Positions 1 to 10,490 of a DNA stretch of 64,000 nucleotides are shown one piece after another. Under the pieces are notes generated by a model, which saw only the letters and a list, made by a program, of their open reading frames with translations, ran no database searches and was not told the origin of the DNA. Both the position numbers and the translations under genes were made by a program. Source of the DNA: Strigamia acuminata (Eukaryota); contig OX442314.1 of assembly GCA_949358305.1 (NCBI GenBank), forward strand, positions 19,840,001 to 19,904,000, given 5' to 3'. Within the stretch, counting starts at the first letter, position 1, and every line of letters begins with the position of its first letter.

Positions 1-737
1 GTGGAGACACGTATTCTTATGCCAAACTTTATGGAACAATTGATCGTCCACTAAATGACTTTACTTTATGCCACTGGTCAAGGACAAATGTTAACAATGA
101 ACAACATGCAGCTGTTTTTTCTTACGCCGAAAATGACATCAATCATAACAGCATTTTAACTTTCCTAAGACATAACCAAGGTAAAAACAAACTCCTCTTT
201 GACGCAACTAACATTTTTAAAAAAAACTGTAAACTTTAGCAATAGAGTTTTATCGAGGTTCGATGTTAAGCAATATTACAACAAAACTTTCAAGCGCTGA
301 TTGGATTCACACTTGTTTTACGTGGTCTATAATTGGAAACAGTTATCAAGTCTTTGTCAATGGTATAAAAGTTGACAACGGTACTAAAACCATCTTTGCA
401 AAAACACAAGTTCAACCAAATGGAGTAGTCATTTTGGGTCAAGAACAAGACGCCCCAGAAAAATTATTTCATATGATGCAGGCACTTACTGGACAAATAA
501 GTGAACTTCATCTATGGGATTACATCCTTGCACCATTTAGAAGTATACCAATTAAAACAATTAACTATACAATTATTTTATAACATATTCCTTTTCTTAC
601 CAAAAATAGTTGATCAAGTTTTCAGCTGCTCCAACCACCAAGAAGGTAACATTATAGCCTGGAATCAAGCCACATGGGCTCTTTATAATGGTACAAGAAT
701 TTCACCAGTCGATTTACCATGTGGCAACCCGCAGTAA
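1..737 (+). CDS. Short pentraxin (CRP/SAP-like) gene 1, 5' end outside the window; 3 exons
   Basis: Exons <1-180, 240-542, 610-737 splice in frame (GT..AG; second donor GTATAC is weak). Translation includes FTLCHWSRT, the pentraxin signature WIHTCFTWS, VILGQEQD, GQISELHLWD and GNIIAW..LPCGNPQ*. Confidence 0.88.
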
Positions 738-1268
738 CTCTTAAAGTTATTTAAAAAATTCACAAACATTTTCGTATATCAGTAATTCATATTTTAAACG
801 ATGTTAAGAACCATAAAGACTTATATTATAATAAAAAAAACAAAACCAAAACTAAATCCTAAGATGCTCATTTTATCAGCTCCAAGTTCGGCAGTCGATC
901 AGAATGATTAAAACTATTTCACAATACCAATAATGGGTAAAAAATTACTTCACATTTGTGCTTCATTGAAATAAAGTTATTGTGTGTTTCCTTTTTTAAT
1001 AGCCATGCATTTTCATTTCTGACCGAGTTTACATTAACATAATTTTTAGCTTTAACTAAACAATCTTTTTCCTAATCTGTGACCTATCAGTAGCAGACAA
1101 GTTTCATCACACGTAGTTGGCCAGGTAATCTCAACGTAGCCAGGGGAAAAGAGGAAATATTATTTGTCTCCATTTTTTTTTTACATCATTACCATAATTT
1201 AAAATTTAAAATTTAATTCTAGAATTTAATTGAAGTTTTATCTTAATTTGATATCTTTTCATCCTTGA

Positions 1269-1977
1269 AGGTCAAGTGCATCGAGTGGAATTTTTACATT
1301 TTCTGAAAGCCGTAATAAAAAAACTGTTGTGTATCCGATTTAGCCATTTTGAATCTTGTCGTGAATTATATTAAACAAATGCAACAATTATCCATTGAAA
1401 GTAGCTAGGCTTTCTATTGCCTAGCAACCGGTTTTAATTGCTCAATAAATCTTGATCTGTGTAGACGTCTTCTTTGGGCCACAGTCCTAACATGGCCTAA
1501 CATGTCCTTTCCAATGAGGCCTATTTGTGATCTGGCTAAGAAGTAGCATTTCCATCAACAATACAAAAACAAATAATCATTGGAGAAAATTAAATTGTTG
1601 TAGTAATTATTTTATAATAACAATCCAAAAACAGTAGTTAACAAAAAAACGATGCATGATGGTTGCAGACTTTTTTCCCTGCGTCATCAGTTCATATCAG
1701 ACAGTCATGCACATCCTGTCATTTAAAAAGAGTAGATTAGTTGAGGTCAGACATCTTGGATCCACCCAAATTTAAGAACGGGATCTAGGTCAAATAAATT
1801 TCAGAACTGACTACGTCATGATCCATCACGCATTTCTTTTTGTTTCCTACATTTTTGTATTACGGTATTACTATAAAATAAGTACCGTAACAATTTAAAT
1901 TTTTTCCTGATGATTATTGGTTTTTTTTATTGTGGGCTTTCAGAAAATGTAAAAATCCCACTCAGTGCACTTGACCT
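1269..1977. mobile_element. Non-autonomous TIR element (MITE), Kolobok-like
   Basis: About 50-bp imperfect TIRs AGGTCAAGTGCA..TTTTACATTTTCTGAAAGCC at both ends; flanks TTGA (1265-1268) and TTAA (1978-1981). TTAA|AGG..CCT|TTAA is the Kolobok pattern; the superfamily is inferred. Confidence 0.7.
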
Positions 1978-2064
1978 TTAAATATTCCTTTACTCAATCT
2001 TCAAATTTCATAAGTCACAAAATCACTAACTACAAAATAAAATTAAAAGATAAGATATCACTTG

Positions 2065-2368
2065 TGTTGCGGCAGCAACTCGTTATTTGTTGGGAGTTTG
2101 ATTGAAATAGTTTTAGAAAGCCAAATGGATGTGATTTCACTGGATTTTACCGGTGACAAAAAAGACACGTACACACTCACAGAATTACATCTGGACAGTG
2201 AACTTTATTTTTATGACAGGAAACCAAGCCAACCAACTTTTCCCCCTCTAAAAGTCATAAACTCCTCGTTTTACATTGGGGTCACCAAAGTGACCTTCTA
2301 GTGACCAAACATGGCGTCACTTGCTATTTACTCCCAATTTATGTCCCCTTTGAAATTCAGTTTCAACA
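2065..2368 (-). repeat. 3' LTR of BEL/Pao element
   Basis: Direct repeat of 7678-7981; preceded on the minus strand by purine tract GGGGACGGGGGGAC (2369-2382). Confidence 0.96.
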
Positions 2369-5300
2369 GTCCCCCCGTCCCCGGGGGGGGGGGGGGTGGA
2401 CCTCCGTTTCCACTTCGAGATGACACAGTCGTTGGATGGGTCTTCTCATGGTTGTTCCATTTGCGAGTTTCAACTCACATGACCGAATCTTCCCGTCACG
2501 TCCGGTTTTAGTTGACACAACGCGTCCGTATTTCCAGGTTAACCGCGGTCGGTTTTGGTCCTCGATCAGCACGACATCTCCACTTTTGAATTTGAAATTG
2601 TTCGAATTTCCTCGGTGTTGTTTTAATTCCACCAAGTATTCCTTAGTCCATCGGTTCCAAAAAAGTTGTAGCAAGTTTTGACGATGTTTCCAGGCTCTCA
2701 GGATCTCATCTTTTCGGCCTGGAACGACCGAGAACTTTGGTAGAGTCGGCAAATACGTCAAACGCTTTCCTACTAAGAAATGTGAAGGTGTTAAGGGCGG
2801 GTGTTCGCTCGGATCGTCGTAAACGTAGGTCAGTGGTCGGGAATTAACCACTGCCTCGACTTCAGCCAATATCGTCGCGAGTCCCTCGAAATCAAGCGCA
2901 TTCTTCCCGATGGTTTTCTTAAGGGCGAGCTTCACAGAACGAACCATTCGCTCCCAAAACCCCCCCCACCAAGGTGCGTTTTCAACAATGTATTTCCACG
3001 TTATGTTCCTCATGGTCAGGAAACCCTGGAATTGTTCCTGTGACAAACTTGATAAAAATATGTTAAGTTCCTTTTCAGTTCTTTTAAATGTCTTTGCATT
3101 GTCAGAATAAATTGTTTTTGGAATTCCCCTTTTGCAAATAAATCGTTTCATCGAGTCTATAAATCGGTCTGTTGACAAGTTTGAGACCAACTCGAGATGA
3201 ACTGCCCTCGTAACTGCACATGTGAACAAAGCGATGTATGTTTTGGCTCCCACTTTTGTGTAAAGGGGGCCGGCAAAGTCAACACCACAAATCTCGAATG
3301 GTTCACAGGGCGAGACACGATCCATAGGTAACAAACCCCATTTTTCTCTCGCTAAACGTCCCTGTGCTTTCCTGCATGTCACACACTTGTTGAGCACGCA
3401 CTTAATCGTTTTTCTTGCTCGCGATATCCAGAATTTCTCGCGAAAACTGGCCAACGTATCTGCGAGTCCACCGTGTAATGTTTTCTCGTGCTCGTCACGT
3501 ATTATGAGTCTGGTAAGTGGATGTGCATGAGGAATGATGTAGGGTTCACGAACGTCTCGAGTCAGGTCTGCTAACGCCCACCGGTGTGTCGCTCGAATAA
3601 TGCCGTTTTCATCTAAAATGGGTGAAAGTTTATATATCAATGAAGTTTTTTCTAACAATTTCCCCTCGTGTAGTCGTTTGTTTTCTTCTTTAAAGTTGGT
3701 TTGTTGTAGATACTTCACCCAATATTGTTCGCTTGTTTGTAATTCTTCATTTGTGATCGCGTCTCCGTTTTTACGTTTTGTTTTTAAGTTTGTGAGGTAT
3801 CGGAAAACCCACGCGGTCACTCGTTTCAATTTCTCCCACGAACTGAAGCGGTTGTAATCGATTTCAGGAACTGTGATCTCCATTTGTGTTGCGCTCACGA
3901 CGATCTTGTCTTCTTCCTCGATCTGCTGTGTTGATTCGACTTCTTGTGGCCATGTGGACTCATCTTGGGTCAGCCAGGAAGGTCCTTTCATCCACATCGT
4001 GTCGTTGGTAAGTTCGCTCACGTTCACCCCTCGCGTCACCAAATCTGCCGGGTTGTCTTTTCCTGGGCAGTGTCTCCAGTCTTCCTTTTTGATGACTTCT
4101 CCAATCTCGCGAACTCGGTTGTGGACGAACGTCACCGGTCGATTCTTTGGTTCACGTAGCCAGTGCAGGACTATTTTCGAATCAGTCCACACGGTGAACT
4201 TGTCGCATCCAAGAGTCGACTGAAGTGTTGGTATCAGTCGTGCTGCTAACAATGCGCCCATGAGCTCCAGTTTTGGTAGTGTTAGCTCTTTTAATGGCGC
4301 CACTCTGCACTTAGAAATGATAAAATCAACGTTAACACACTTTGTTTTTGAATCCAGCACTCGAGCATAGGCTACTACGCCATATGCTCGCGGGCTGGCA
4401 TCACAGAAAATGTGAATCCTTTTTTCAACGCAAATTCCTCCCCAGTTTAATAATTTTCTACTAAATTTTAAATTTTCCAAGTATGGTATTTGTACATACC
4501 AGTTTTCCCACGATTTTTTCACACTTTCTGGAATTGGTGTATCCCAACCAACATTTAATTTCCATAACTCTTGAAATATAATTTTAGCGGTGACCACAAA
4601 GGGATTAGCAAATCCCAATGGGTCAAACACCATTGCTGTTACTTTAATTATAAACCGTTTAGTGTACTTAGTGAATTTTACTTCATTAAGTAATTCTGAA
4701 ATATCTAGACTCAATTCGTCCGTTTCAGTTTCCCACCTCACCCCCAAAACTTTAGTTTCTGTTTGGGAAACCAATTCGGCACAGGTCGGGTCATCTTTTA
4801 TAAATTCTTCTCTTAGTTTGATACAGTTAGTCTTCCATTTAGTTAAGTTCATATTAGCCTCACTGAGAATGTTTTTACTTTCGTGATACACTTGAATTGC
4901 CTCAGTTACCTCGTTCAAACTCGTAATGAAATCGTCCACGTACAAATCATCGTTTAAGCGTTGACAGGTGTTTGGATTCTCTTCCTCGTATTCTTCTACG
5001 TGGTGTTTTACTGTTGCTCCCAGCAAAAACGGACTTGGTTTTGAGCCAAATAATACTCGTGTCTGACGCAGTTCGACAATCTTCACGGATTCACTGCCAT
5101 CCCACCCGTCCTCCAACCAAAAAAATCGTGTTACGTCACGTTCCTTCATCTTCAGCCAAATACGGTGGAAAGCCTTTTCAATGTCTCCGAGCATCCCGAT
5201 TATTCCTGTTCTAAATTTCAAGAGAATGTTAACAAGTTTTGGCAATAAATTTGGTCCCTTGCACAAACAATCGTTTAAAGAATAACAGCCCTTTTCATGT

Positions 5301-7624
5301 GACGACGCATCATATACAATCCGGAGTTTTGTGGTTGCGCGAGATTCATCGATAACTGGACGGTGTGGGATGTAGTAAATCGGGTGGTCCCTGTTGTTGT
5401 CCGTACTTGGGATCTTCTCCACGATTCCCGTCCTCAATTGTTCGTCAATTACGCTCTTGTATTGGAGATATAACTTGGGGTTTTTTCTAAATTTATTTAC
5501 CAAGGCCCAAAATCTTCGTTTTGCTTGTTCTCGGTTGTCGTCTAGTTCTTGGGGATTTATTTTCCAGGGCAGGCTGACCTCGTAATGGTCGTCAACCCAT
5601 TCGATCTCCTTTTCGAAATTCTCAATCGTTTTTTGTTCGTCCTCGTTTTGGTCAACCATAGTCTCGTGTTTGATCCCAATCGATTCGAGGTTCCAGAAGC
5701 GTTCTAGGAGTTCAGCATTATTGTCAATTATTTCTACTTTGTTTACCCGAACAATGGAAGAAACAACGGTTTGGTTCTCCCCAGATGAGCCATGCAACGT
5801 CCAGCCAAATATAGTCTCGATGGCCATCAAATTCGTATCGATTCTCTCCTGTCGTCCTGTAGTTACACGCCAAAAGTTGTCTACCCCGATGAGTATGGCG
5901 ATTCCGTCGTCCATTCGTGTATTATTATCGTACGTCAATCGAATGTTTCGCTTCTTTAACTCGTCCAAAATTTTCGTGTCGGGTTTCGTCTTCATTGACT
6001 GCATGATCCACGGTGATTCGAGCGCTTCTAATTCCAAACTACAAGTAGTGTCATGACAATTATTCAAATTCAATTTTAATATTCTGCGTTTGGTAGTTTT
6101 CGGTTCAATTTCTCCGAATGTTAGCAGAGTAATATCTTGTTCTCCCGTCTGTTTTAATCCCAATTCGCTGGCCAATTTTTCAGTCACGAAACTTTTTTGC
6201 GACCCGCCATCCAAAAAACATTGAACCTTCTTTCTCTTCGTGTGTCCTTCAACCTCGACCATCAGGAGCTGCAAAAACAAGGTTGATTCCATGCCCACGC
6301 CACTCGCAACAGATGTTATTGTTGTGACTTCGTTTGGTTTCGTCACTTCTTTTGGTTTCGTGGCTTCCGTATCGCACAAATATGTGTGATGACTCTTTTC
6401 GCATTTTTTACATCTAAACCTAGTTTTGCATTTAGATGCGATGTGTCCTTCCTTTAGGCAGCGGTAACATCGCCTCGATTTCAAACAGGCGGCTTTTCGT
6501 TCTGGAACAGTCAAAGGACAGTCTGGGCTTGTGTGCTCTTCCTTTTGGCAAAAGGTGCACTTGTAGACGAAAGTTGACAACGCCGAAGCGGAGCCATTTG
6601 GGTTAGGTTTGGAATTTAATTTTTTCGTTACCTCCTCCATTTTCTTGACGGTGGGCTCCCTCTTCTCCATTATCGTGGTTTTATTCTTTATCGCGCTCGT
6701 CCTCTCTCGCATCTCGATCTCAAAACGGAAAAAACTTAGAAATTCCTTAACTGACCATGGCAAATCTCCTCGAGGGCGTGTGAAGTCGTGTTGGAGTGAG
6801 TCCGGAGTTGCTCGTGTCAAAATCGGATACAAGAGTGAGCCAAATGTCGTCGCCTCCACTCCCAAATTTTCCAGGCTTTTCACGTGTAGATCGCAAAAGT
6901 CGTATAATTTCCGCATCGCAGCAATATCGTCACTATTTTTCACTGGTTCGATCTCCAAAAATTTCTGCATGTGAGCGTTGATTATTAATTCTTTCTTACC
7001 GAATCTGGTCGTTAGCAAGCCGATCGCTGTATCGTAGTTTGCATCGGTCACGGTGAGACCGCTTATTGCGTTGGCTGCCAAACCTTCCACTAGTGATCTC
7101 AAATAAACAAATTTTGCGGTTTTGGGTAAAGCGAGATTATTATGTACACTCAGCTGAAAGTTCGCCCAGAAATCGGTCCATGTTTCTGGAGTTCCTTGAA
7201 ACTTGACGATTTCTAACTTTGGTAATTTCATATTACTGTATTGCTGGTTCAAATTCAGTACGAGTGGGTCCGGGTTGGGGTTCGGGTTGGGCGGTGGAAT
7301 TAACGGTGGTACTTGCGTTTTTATCAAAGCTAACTCCTTCAGAGTCAGTTCCAATCGAGTGTTTGCGGCAATTAACTCGTCTTGAAAATCCTCGACCTCC
7401 GTCGTATCGTTTGCGACTTCGTTTATGTCGGTTATTCCGTCGGTCACGAGGATATCTAGTTTGTCAATCTTCGTCCATTTCGAACGCATCTGTGCCTGGA
7501 TGCACAGGAGTTTGGCTTCATCCAACGGATCCGCTTTTAACTCGTTCCTCAACGTGTTGAACAGCGCTCGAATATTTGCCCTCATTGCATCTCTTTGTGT
7601 GCGGTTTCTTTCCAACTCATCCAT
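2363..7624 (-). CDS. BEL/Pao Gag-Pol polyprotein, 1753 aa
   Basis: Three Cys/His knuckles (CTFC..H..C, CYRC..H..C, CKKC..HH..C), protease FLDGGSQ, RT LYVDD, Pao RNase H FCDASPRAYG, integrase H..H..CVTC / VDFAGP / SDNAK / WERMVR. Order PR-RT-RH-IN; the stop lies inside the 3' LTR. Confidence 0.96.
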   Translation of the reverse strand: MDELERNRTQRDAMRANIRALFNTLRNELKADPLDEAKLLCIQAQMRSKWTKIDKLDILVTDGITDINEVANDTTEVEDFQDELIAANTRLELTLKELALIKTQVPPLIPPPNPNPNPDPLVLNLNQQYSNMKLPKLEIVKFQGTPETWTDFWANFQLSVHNNLALPKTAKFVYLRSLVEGLAANAISGLTVTDANYDTAIGLLTTRFGKKELIINAHMQKFLEIEPVKNSDDIAAMRKLYDFCDLHVKSLENLGVEATTFGSLLYPILTRATPDSLQHDFTRPRGDLPWSVKEFLSFFRFEIEMRERTSAIKNKTTIMEKREPTVKKMEEVTKKLNSKPNPNGSASALSTFVYKCTFCQKEEHTSPDCPLTVPERKAACLKSRRCYRCLKEGHIASKCKTRFRCKKCEKSHHTYLCDTEATKPKEVTKPNEVTTITSVASGVGMESTLFLQLLMVEVEGHTKRKKVQCFLDGGSQKSFVTEKLASELGLKQTGEQDITLLTFGEIEPKTTKRRILKLNLNNCHDTTCSLELEALESPWIMQSMKTKPDTKILDELKKRNIRLTYDNNTRMDDGIAILIGVDNFWRVTTGRQERIDTNLMAIETIFGWTLHGSSGENQTVVSSIVRVNKVEIIDNNAELLERFWNLESIGIKHETMVDQNEDEQKTIENFEKEIEWVDDHYEVSLPWKINPQELDDNREQAKRRFWALVNKFRKNPKLYLQYKSVIDEQLRTGIVEKIPSTDNNRDHPIYYIPHRPVIDESRATTKLRIVYDASSHEKGCYSLNDCLCKGPNLLPKLVNILLKFRTGIIGMLGDIEKAFHRIWLKMKERDVTRFFWLEDGWDGSESVKIVELRQTRVLFGSKPSPFLLGATVKHHVEEYEEENPNTCQRLNDDLYVDDFITSLNEVTEAIQVYHESKNILSEANMNLTKWKTNCIKLREEFIKDDPTCAELVSQTETKVLGVRWETETDELSLDISELLNEVKFTKYTKRFIIKVTAMVFDPLGFANPFVVTAKIIFQELWKLNVGWDTPIPESVKKSWENWYVQIPYLENLKFSRKLLNWGGICVEKRIHIFCDASPRAYGVVAYARVLDSKTKCVNVDFIISKCRVAPLKELTLPKLELMGALLAARLIPTLQSTLGCDKFTVWTDSKIVLHWLREPKNRPVTFVHNRVREIGEVIKKEDWRHCPGKDNPADLVTRGVNVSELTNDTMWMKGPSWLTQDESTWPQEVESTQQIEEEDKIVVSATQMEITVPEIDYNRFSSWEKLKRVTAWVFRYLTNLKTKRKNGDAITNEELQTSEQYWVKYLQQTNFKEENKRLHEGKLLEKTSLIYKLSPILDENGIIRATHRWALADLTRDVREPYIIPHAHPLTRLIIRDEHEKTLHGGLADTLASFREKFWISRARKTIKCVLNKCVTCRKAQGRLAREKWGLLPMDRVSPCEPFEICGVDFAGPLYTKVGAKTYIALFTCAVTRAVHLELVSNLSTDRFIDSMKRFICKRGIPKTIYSDNAKTFKRTEKELNIFLSSLSQEQFQGFLTMRNITWKYIVENAPWWGGFWERMVRSVKLALKKTIGKNALDFEGLATILAEVEAVVNSRPLTYVYDDPSEHPPLTPSHFLVGKRLTYLPTLPKFSVVPGRKDEILRAWKHRQNLLQLFWNRWTKEYLVELKQHRGNSNNFKFKSGDVVLIEDQNRPRLTWKYGRVVSTKTGRDGKIRSCELKLANGTTMRRPIQRLCHLEVETEVHPPPPRGRGDC

Positions 7625-7657
7625 TCCTCGTAATTTCCTTGGTTATTTCTCGAATTT

Positions 7658-7675
7658 TCCCGGGTTTCGGCACCA
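7658..7675 (-). promoter_or_regulatory. Primer binding site complementary to tRNA-Phe 3' end
   Basis: Minus strand TGGTGCCGAAACCCGGGA, 2 nt after the 5' LTR; complementary to the metazoan tRNA-Phe 3' end UCCCGGGUUUCGGCACCA. Confidence 0.88.
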
Positions 7676-7677
7676 AA

Positions 7678-7981
7678 TGTTGCGGCAGCAACTCGTTATT
7701 TGTTGGGAGTTTGATTGAAATAGTTTTAGAAAGCCAAATGGATGTGATTTCACTGGATTTTACCGGTGACAAAAAAGACACGTACACACTCACAGAATTA
7801 CATCTGGACAGTGAACTTTATTTTTATGACAGGAAACCAAGCCAACCAACTTTTCCCCCTCTAAAAGTCATAAACTCCTCGTTTTACATTGGGGTCACCA
7901 AAGTGACCTTCTAGTGACCAAACATGGCGTCACTTGCTATTTACTCCCAATTTATGTCCCCTTTGAAATTCAGTTTCAACA
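7678..7981 (-). repeat. 5' LTR of BEL/Pao element
   Basis: Direct repeat of 2065-2368, adjacent to the PBS. Confidence 0.96.
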
Positions 7982-8095
7982 ACTTGTGAATAAAGTTGGT
8001 TCACAACCATTTTCAACTTTTTCATTCATTCGAGATGAAGTTTATTCTGCTTTTTCTTAGCTTGTCTGTACAGCAATCAAAAGGCCTGCAGAATA

Positions 8096-9149
8096 TACTC
8101 TGTCTGACCTTAAGAATAAAGAAAAATCCCCCCCCTTTTGAGGCCTTTTCACTGGTGTAGTGATACGGAAAAGTAGAGCAATACACCAGGTTTTATTAAA
8201 ACCTCAGGTTTTATTAAGCCTAATAATCCTAAAATAAAGTAAATATGCAATGGTATTTTGGTATGTTATTTAATGTGTTTTGGTACCAAATGTGTTTTGG
8301 TACCAAATGTGTTTTGGTACCAAATGTGTTTTGGTACCAAATGTGTTTTGGTACCAAATGTGTTTTGGTACCAAATGTGTTTTGGTACCAAATGTGTTTT
8401 GGTACCAAATGTGTTTTGGTACCAAATGTGTTTTGGTACCAAATGTGTTTTGGTACCAAATGTGTTTTGGTACCAAATGTGTTTTGGTACCAAATGTGTT
8501 TTGGTACCAAATGTGTTTTGGTACCAAATGTGTTTTGGTACCAAATGTGTTTTGGTACCAAATGTGTTTTGGTACCAATGTGTTTTGGTACCAAATGTGT
8601 TTTGGTACCAAATGTGTTTTGGTACCAAATGTGTTTTGGTACCAAATGTGTTTTGGTACCAAATGTGTTTTGGTACCAAATGTGTTTTGGTACCAAATGT
8701 GTTTTGGTACCAAATGTGTTTTGGTACCAAATGTGTTTTGGTACCAAATGTGTTTTGGTACCAAAACATCAATGGTATCAATGGTACCAAAACATCAATG
8801 GTATCAATGGTACCAAAACATATTTGGTACCAATGGTACCAAAATACCAAAATAGCGTTGTTTATTTACTTTATTTTAAGATTATTAGGTCTTGGTACCA
8901 TTGGTACCAAAACATATTTGGTATCAATGGTATCAAAACATAATTGGTACCAATGGTACCAATTAATATTTGGTACCAAAATACCAAAATACTGTTGTTT
9001 ATTTACTTTATTTTAGGATTATTAGGCTTAATAAAATCTGAGGTTTTATTAAAACCTGGTGAATTGCTCTACTTTTCCGTATCACTACACCAGTGAAAAG
9101 GCCTCAAAAGGGGGGGGATTTTTCTTTATTCTTAAGGTCAGACAGAGTA
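8096..9149. mobile_element. Foldback/MITE with about 170-bp TIRs (TACTCTG ends, TA TSD) and internal tandem array
   Basis: 8096-~8264 is the reverse complement of ~8981-9149 with few mismatches; TA at 8094-8095 and 9150-9151; removal restores the pentraxin frame. Confidence 0.92.
8273..8769. repeat. 17-bp tandem array (GGTACCAAATGTGTTTT) x about 29
   Basis: GGTACC recurs every 17 bp from 8282 to 8757, with one 16-bp unit at 8571; each unit contains the 12-bp palindrome TTTGGTACCAAA. Confidence 0.96.
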
Positions 9150-10490
9150 TAGCTACCAAATTATATTTTCTGGAGGAGACACTCATACCCATACCAAACC
9201 CCTTGTTAGAACCATCGATCATACATTAAACGACTTTACTTTATGTCACTGGTCGAGAACAAATGTTAACAACGAACAGTATGCAGCAGTCTTTTCTACA
9301 ATGCAGCAGAAGACAATGCAATTTTAAGTTTCATATTGCACAACAAAAAAGGTAATTTGCAACTATTACATATGTGTTTGCATTCAGGATTTTCTGTAAA
9401 ATTTTTTTAAAAATTAAAATAGTTCATCTACAGTATGAAAAATCATAAATATATTTCAATTTTTTTAATTCCAATTTTTAGTTCAACTTTTCTAGAGCAG
9501 AATATCACTCTAATTTACAAAATCTTGGTTTTGTACTTATATATCCATTTAATTTCCTAGAAATATTAACACTGATAACTTGTGTAATTTTTACTCTTGT
9601 ATATTTAAACTTTATTAGCTCAATTACGCATCATATGAGACTGTTGATATACCGAGTCTTCAGGACACCCAGTGGCTTCATTTTTGCGGTAAATTAAATT
9701 GTAAATTGTTGGAAACAGTTGGAAAATTTTTATCAATAGGCAAAAAGTGGGTTTTAGAAATTTCCTATCGACAAACCAACCTGTTTAACCCAATGGAATA
9801 GTCATTCTAGAACAGAAACAAGATCATATGGGTGGAGGATTTGACACTAAACAGTCCCTTACTGGACAAATAAGTGAAGTTGATCTATGGAATTACCTTC
9901 TCACGTCAAATGACAGTTAGTTCATATTCTACTTTATGTTTATAAATGTTTAAATATATTTTTCTTATCGCCAATAGTTCTGAAAGTATAAAAATGTATG
10001 TACTAGTACTAACTCGGAAGAATGGAACGTTTTAAGTCGGAATCGAGCAATCTGGGCTATGTCCAACGGCAAAGCATGTCGCAAGTCAAATTGCCATGCC
10101 CTATATAATTTTGTCACTCCACCAGTAAAATAATTTGTTAATTTTTCTTTTACCTTTTAAATACCGCCCGTGTGAAGCTCTTGTACAACTTCAACCAAAC
10201 TGAAACAAATTTAATAAACAAACATATTTTATTGAAACAAAAAGTCCTATTCATGACTTCAATTACTTTTTCGTTGTTCATTATTGTAATCATACACCAC
10301 ACCAAGCCATACAAAGATACAGAGATTAGCATAGCTATTAAAGTCTTACTACAAATTTCATTACTTTTACATCTTTAATTCTGTTTAGTAACAAAATAAA
10401 GTGGACAGTGCTCTCTTTGTATATGGAAAAGTTAATGCACAGTATCTTTTACTTAAACTGAAGTATTTCAGAGGCCAATAAAAGAGACTA

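Larger units (their letters stand above)
2065..7981 (-). mobile_element. Full-length BEL/Pao LTR retrotransposon
   Basis: 304-bp LTRs at 2065-2368 and 7678-7981 (TGTTG..CAACA, identical by eye), 5-bp TSD ACTTG (2060-2064, 7982-7986), PBS, PPT and one intact gag-pol ORF. Confidence 0.97.
8035..10108 (+). pseudogene. Pentraxin pseudogene (gene 2) interrupted by a foldback element
   Basis: ATG 8035 gives MKFILLFLSLSVQQSKGLQN; after removing 8096-9149 plus one TA it continues in frame SYQIIFSGGDT..FTLCHWSRT. A 1-bp deletion at the FSY motif (about 9297), in-frame stops and indels in exon 2 (about 9619-9915) and exon 3 (about 9978-10108, ends LPCPI*). Confidence 0.88.

Noticed and set aside
2062..2301. 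ORF repeated at 7576-7914
   Set aside because: Antisense reading of the LTR.
2436..7718. Many + strand ORFs over the BEL element (likewise 51108-54975 over copia)
   Set aside because: Antisense shadows of the polyproteins with no recognisable motifs.
8273..8769. CRISPR-like palindromic repeat array
   Set aside because: Units are head-to-tail with no unique spacers, no cas genes, eukaryotic context.
8229..9016. Six overlapping ORFs with a 17-aa repeat
   Set aside because: Artefact of a stop-free 17-bp tandem unit read in all frames.
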